A stretch of DNA of 64,000 nucleotides from Candidatus Poribacteria bacterium (GTDB lineage Bacteria > Poribacteria > WGA-4E > JAJDTR01): the NCBI GenBank assembly GCA_965222225.1, contig CBDCTK010000002.1, positions 3,296,001 to 3,360,000 on the forward strand, read 5' to 3'. Under the pieces are notes generated by a model, which was not told where the DNA came from, made no database searches, and worked only from the letters and a program-made list of their open reading frames with translations. A program made the position numbers and the translations under genes. Positions within the stretch are counted from its first letter, which is position 1; every line of letters begins with the position of its first letter. Below, piece after piece: positions 59,735 through 64,000 of this stretch.

Positions 59735-59763
59735 TTGACAATGCTCCACACGCGATTTATAAT
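59735..59763 (+). promoter_or_regulatory. Consensus sigma70 promoter of the iron-uptake cluster
   Basis: TTGACA-17 nt-TATAAT. Confidence 0.8.
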
Positions 59764-59791
59764 AGCCGAAATTTGTTTATAGGTTAATGTT

Positions 59792-59906
59792 AATTGCGAA
59801 TGAGTCTCAGTAGCAATTTGGAATGCCTCACATCAATCGTATCTCTTGGATGAGTGTGTCCATTTTTACGGTACTCGTTATTGAGGTTGAGTCTCATTGT
59901 CAATAA
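59792..59906. promoter_or_regulatory. Two Fur-box-like palindromes
   Basis: AATTGCGAATGAGTCTCAGTAGCAATT (59792-59818) and TTATTGAGGTTGAGTCTCATTGTCAATAA (59878-59906), both centred on TGAGTCTCA. Confidence 0.65.
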
Positions 59907-59923
59907 TTTTGAAGTGGATATAA

Positions 59924-61126
59924 TTGCGAACCTTTTCATGTGCTGTTTTTCTTCTCTTAGTAGTTCAAATAATACCTGCTAATGCTTCACGCTTCCAAGT
60001 GTCGGGCTACGGCGCCATCAATTACGCCAACTTCAATTGGGATACTGATCCGGAACGACGTGCCCGCATTGATGTGGAGCGATTTGTCATCTCGCCCAAG
60101 TACAAGGTCAGCGATAACATACGGCTTGAAGCCGAGCTAGAGATCGAGCACGGCGGCACCGGCATCACCATGGAGTTCGACAGATTCGAGGAGTTCGGCG
60201 AGTTCGAAATGGAGGTTGAAAAGGGGGGAGAGGTCATCGTCGAGAAACTCGCCGCTGTATTTGAGATCGAGCCTAAAATCAACGTTCGGATTGGACATAT
60301 CATCGTGCCCGTTGGGCTTGTCTCCAAGAGGCATCGCCCCCAACACTACTTCACCGCCGCCCGCCCCGAGTCCGAATCCGACCTGATTCCAACCATTTGG
60401 CATGAGAACGGGATTGAACTGTTTGGCGAGATTGGCGCGTTGCATTACCAAGCCCAAGTCGTCAACGGCTTGGATTCAACCGGTTTCAGCTCGCGCCGTT
60501 GGATTGTCGGCGGACACCAATTGCGATTTGAAACCGCTAACGCCGAGGATTTTGCACTTGTCGGTCGAGTCGATTACACCATCACCCGGGGAGCGGTTCT
60601 GGGCGTCTCCGGCTACTATGGCGATAGTGCGGACAACCGCCCCAAACCGGACCTGCGGGTTGACGCGAATGTCGGCATCTTTGACCTGCACGGCTTCTAC
60701 GAGGTGGGCGCGTTGAAAGTCCGCGGATTATTTCTTTACGGCACGCTCCAAAATTCGGATCTCGTCTCCAAAGCCAATCGCAACCTCTCAAATAACCTGA
60801 ACGTAAAACGGACTCCTGTCGGCAGCAAAGCCGGCGGCGGATACCTTGAGGTCGGCTACAACCTGCTCTCGTTCTTCAAATCATCATTGAATACTGACAT
60901 CGTCCTAGACCTCTTCGTCCGCTACGATAACTACGATACCATGGCTGCCGTTGAGGGAGAGATTTTTGATAACCCGCGTTGGGAACGTCAAACCTGGACA
61001 TTCGGTGCCAACTATCATCCGCATCCACAACTGGTTTTCAAGGGACACTTCTCCGCGCGCCGATTGGGAACGGAAGTTGACAACAAGGAAGACACGTTGG
61101 CAATCGGCTTCGGATTTCAGTATTAA
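59924..61126 (+). CDS. Outer-membrane porin-like protein of an iron-uptake cluster
   Basis: Signal peptide, ELEIEHGG..E..GEV..E motif, IPTIWHENG, C-terminal GFGFQY. Confidence 0.75.
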   Translation: MRTFSCAVFLLLVVQIIPANASRFQVSGYGAINYANFNWDTDPERRARIDVERFVISPKYKVSDNIRLEAELEIEHGGTGITMEFDRFEEFGEFEMEVEKGGEVIVEKLAAVFEIEPKINVRIGHIIVPVGLVSKRHRPQHYFTAARPESESDLIPTIWHENGIELFGEIGALHYQAQVVNGLDSTGFSSRRWIVGGHQLRFETANAEDFALVGRVDYTITRGAVLGVSGYYGDSADNRPKPDLRVDANVGIFDLHGFYEVGALKVRGLFLYGTLQNSDLVSKANRNLSNNLNVKRTPVGSKAGGGYLEVGYNLLSFFKSSLNTDIVLDLFVRYDNYDTMAAVEGEIFDNPRWERQTWTFGANYHPHPQLVFKGHFSARRLGTEVDNKEDTLAIGFGFQY

Positions 61127-61152
61127 CTTCAAATCAGAAAAAGAGGAATCCA

Positions 61153-62244
61153 ATGAGATTCAACCTGTACGTTTCACGAATCTTTATTTTCACCCTGTCA
61201 ATCCTTCTAGTCACATCGTTATTCTTGGTCGCTTGTAGTGACGACGACGACGATGGAGACCACGCCCAATTTGACGCAGCCACAACGCTCAATGACTTCG
61301 CCAACACCGTTGTACTTGCCACCTACACCGATCTGGACAACAAAGCGGGCGACCTTCTGACCGCCGCGAGAGCGTTGAATTCAAGCAAAACTCAAGCAAA
61401 TTTGGAACGGGCGCGGACAGCCTGGAAGGCAGCGCGACGACCGTGGGAACAGAGTGAAGCCTTCCTATTCGGTCCCGTTGACACGCAAGGGCTTGACCCG
61501 GCGCTCGATAGTTGGCCCGTCAATCGTGTGGATCTCGACGCGGTGCTCGCTAGCGGCGATGTATTAACCGCGTCATCAATTGACAGTCTTGAAGACACGC
61601 TGAAGGGTTTCCACACCATTGAGTACCTCCTCTTCCGCGACGGTAACCAGCGGAAAGCCGCGGACATCACTCCCCGCGAACTGGACTACCTCGTCGCAAC
61701 AACAGAAAATCTGAAAGCGAAAACCGCTCAGTTACGCCTCGCTTGGGATTCGACCGGAGAGAATTTCGCCGCCGAAGTCGCGAACGCGGGAACTTCTAGC
61801 ACCATTTATAAGTCGCAAAAATCCGCGATGCAAGAGATGGTCAATGGAATGATAGCTATCGCGGACGAGGTGGCTAACGGTAAAATCTCGGACCCGTTCA
61901 ATGAGCGCGATACAACGCTTGTCGAGTCGCAGTTTAGCTTCAATTCCATCACCGACTTCCAAGACAATATCCGCGGCATTCAGAATGTCTATCTGGGCAA
62001 ATTCACCGCGGATGGTCAGGGGTTGAATACCTTCATTGCCGGTACGGATGCCGCACTCGACTCCAGATTCCAGACGGAAGTGCAGGCCGCGATTGACGCG
62101 ATTGGTGCTATTCCAGACCCGTTCCGCGACTCAATCACGGCAAATCGCGTAGCAGTCCAAACAGCCATTGAAGCGGTCAGTACCGTTCAACAAACGCTTG
62201 AGCAGGACATCTTAAAGTTGGTGTTAGACAGTAATTTCAATTGA
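61153..62244 (+). CDS. Imelysin/IrpA-like iron-regulated lipoprotein
   Basis: Lipobox LVAC, WEQSEAFLFGP, LDSWP, GFHTIEYLLF, ESQFS.NS. Confidence 0.88.
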   Translation: MRFNLYVSRIFIFTLSILLVTSLFLVACSDDDDDGDHAQFDAATTLNDFANTVVLATYTDLDNKAGDLLTAARALNSSKTQANLERARTAWKAARRPWEQSEAFLFGPVDTQGLDPALDSWPVNRVDLDAVLASGDVLTASSIDSLEDTLKGFHTIEYLLFRDGNQRKAADITPRELDYLVATTENLKAKTAQLRLAWDSTGENFAAEVANAGTSSTIYKSQKSAMQEMVNGMIAIADEVANGKISDPFNERDTTLVESQFSFNSITDFQDNIRGIQNVYLGKFTADGQGLNTFIAGTDAALDSRFQTEVQAAIDAIGAIPDPFRDSITANRVAVQTAIEAVSTVQQTLEQDILKLVLDSNFN

Positions 62245-62276
62245 TGGACATTAGGTGGCGTTCACGGTCGGCATTC

Positions 62277-62732
62277 TCAATCATGCTCACCGCCCGCTTC
62301 GTTGCTACCATGTTCGCCACCTCCCACTTCAGGATGGGCAGTCCACCCGTCAAAGTTCATGCTTGTTGCCGTTAGTTCGACTTCGCCTTTTGCGCCGGGT
62401 TGCAAGTCCACCGGAGTTGTTGGTCCGAGTTCTGTTCCGTTTGACAAATGGACTTCAACTCGAACTTGCTGTAAAGTCTCGTCGGTGGTGTTTTCCACTG
62501 TACCCTTGAAAGAATTGCTTTGTGCGTCGTATGCCAGAATGAGTCGCGCACCGTTTCTGACATTATCGTACGTCTCGTTCAGCGTGAGTTCAGTGCTTGA
62601 TTCTTCGCCACTATCTTTAAGAATGTCATCATTTGAACAGCCGCTAATGAGACCGACTGTTAACATGACAGTAATCATGATCAGAGTTCCACGAGTGTAA
62701 TTCACGAATGTCTTCCTTTCTGAGGTGTCCAA
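62277..62732 (-). CDS. Small lipoprotein with Ig-like (FxLYD-like) domain
   Basis: Lipobox ISGC, GTVENTT...VRVEVHL...DL.PG, Gly/Glu/His tail; start uncertain. Confidence 0.6.
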   Translation of the reverse strand: MDTSERKTFVNYTRGTLIMITVMLTVGLISGCSNDDILKDSGEESSTELTLNETYDNVRNGARLILAYDAQSNSFKGTVENTTDETLQQVRVEVHLSNGTELGPTTPVDLQPGAKGEVELTATSMNFDGWTAHPEVGGGEHGSNEAGGEHD

Positions 62733-62863
62733 TTCTTGATTAGACGGGATTTAACTTACGAACGGCTGGTGAAGTGTCTTCGTTTACGTGTTTTGGTTTT
62801 TCATTACTGGTACTTGTCACGACTTAACTCTTTCGCTATACCCGTTGATTGAGTAGCAAGGTC

Positions 62864-64000
62864 ATGGAGTTAAATAATCTTCTATACACGCTGATCCTCA
62901 TCGGATCGCTCTGCATATTGATGGTTGCCTGCGGTTCGGAGGACCTACTTGGTTCACCGGCGGTAGACGACCCGACAAAGGCGCTTTCGGGCGGCGAGAC
63001 AACGGTCTTTGATGCGACAAGCCACGCATTTTCAACCCCGGCGCCCAACCTTTCGGTGGAAGGATTGACCGAGCATCTTGTGGGCGATAGAGAGTTTGAA
63101 GCCGTCTTTGTCACCGTCCCGGCGGAAGTCAATCCGGGGCTGGGACCCGTGTACAATAACATCTCGTGCATCAACTGTCATGCGCGTGACGGGCGCGGGC
63201 GGGCGCCGAGTTCCGGTGAAAATCTCGCCTCCATGCTGTTTCGGGTAAGTCTCCCTAATCCGGATGGCGACGGAACGGGTGCCCCTGTGCCGGTTCCCGG
63301 TTTTGGGACACAACTCAATAACCGCGCTATCTACGGAGTCTCTCCGGAAGGTGAGGTCCTCATCAACTACACCGAAGGTCAGATTACGACAAGCGACGGG
63401 GCCATCGTACACCTCCGGACCCCAAAATATACACTGATTGACCCGTACCAACCGCTGCCGGATGAAGTTCAACTCTCTCCCCGAGTTGCGCCTGTCGTGT
63501 TCGGGTTGGGCTTGCTCGAAGCGGTTCCCGAAGCTACCATCCTTGCCCTGGCAGACGAAATGGATGAGAATAGTGACGGGATTTCGGGGAAAGCAAACCT
63601 CGTTTGGAACATCCAAAAATATGGGCTTAGTCTTGGAAGATTCGGTTGGAAGGCGAATCAGCCGACCTTGCTTCAGCAGATTGCATCCGCCTATAACGAC
63701 GACATGGGCGTCACAACCTCACTCCTTCCGAGGGAGAACTCTAACGGGCAGCCCCAACATGATGGACGAAATGATGACCCGGAACTGAGCGACGAAATCT
63801 TGGAAGCTGTGACATTTTATGTCCAAACCCTCGCCGTCCCCGCTAGGCGGGACCTTGACGACCCCGTTGTTCAGCGCGGGGAGGAGCTCTTCAAAGGCGC
63901 AGGATGTGCCGGATGCCATATTCCATCTTTGAGGACCGGAGTATTACCGGATGTTCCCGCGGTATCCAATCAGACGATTCACCCGTACACCGATCTCCTG
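62864..64000 (+). CDS. Di-heme oxidoreductase (DHOR/DUF1111) lipoprotein, runs off the window end
   Basis: Read by eye (not in the ORF track): lipobox MVAC, LSGGETTV, GLGPVYNNISCINCH, GLGLLEAV, GRFGWKA, second heme motif CAGCH. Confidence 0.88.
   Translation, partial: MELNNLLYTLILIGSLCILMVACGSEDLLGSPAVDDPTKALSGGETTVFDATSHAFSTPAPNLSVEGLTEHLVGDREFEAVFVTVPAEVNPGLGPVYNNISCINCHARDGRGRAPSSGENLASMLFRVSLPNPDGDGTGAPVPVPGFGTQLNNRAIYGVSPEGEVLINYTEGQITTSDGAIVHLRTPKYTLIDPYQPLPDEVQLSPRVAPVVFGLGLLEAVPEATILALADEMDENSDGISGKANLVWNIQKYGLSLGRFGWKANQPTLLQQIASAYNDDMGVTTSLLPRENSNGQPQHDGRNDDPELSDEILEAVTFYVQTLAVPARRDLDDPVVQRGEELFKGAGCAGCHIPSLRTGVLPDVPAVSNQTIHPYTDLL

Overview
Bacterial chromosomal window of moderate GC. 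The TPR, FG-GAP and large secreted repeat proteins and the dense GTAG-type REP palindromes resemble Candidatus Poribacteria-like genomes; this is inference only. 1-33.4 kb: a Type IIG-like RM gene, a TPR protein, queF, an MFS transporter, a TPR/FG-GAP/ASPIC-UnbV protein, a ~2,040-aa secreted repeat protein, oxidoreductases, a yitJ-like Hcy methyltransferase/MTHFR fusion, a pspA-yjfI-nfeD-flotillin-flotillin cluster, yyaL, rsgA, a YvlD-like holin and uppS. 33.5-54.6 kb is an accessory/defence island: two near-identical IS701-family copies, an orphan terminase pair, a promoter-driven structured non-coding region, an uncharacterised protein plus a Cre-like recombinase, and a Type I RM locus. That locus carries a duplicated ABC-ATPase(DUF3696)+PIN module between hsdM and hsdS, and an IS1595 cargo transposon with a nested MITE between hsdS and hsdR. 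54.8-64 kb: porin+BCCT, an orphan antitoxin and a Fur-box-controlled porin-imelysin-DHOR iron-uptake cluster (truncated by the window end). The most unusual signals are (i) the ATPase-ATPase-PIN module embedded in the Type I RM operon and (ii) a 37-38 bp micro-element with a periodic conserved/variable pattern found repeatedly inside REP hairpins. No CRISPR array, rRNA or tRNA was recognised. All assignments come from motif reading, not database searches.
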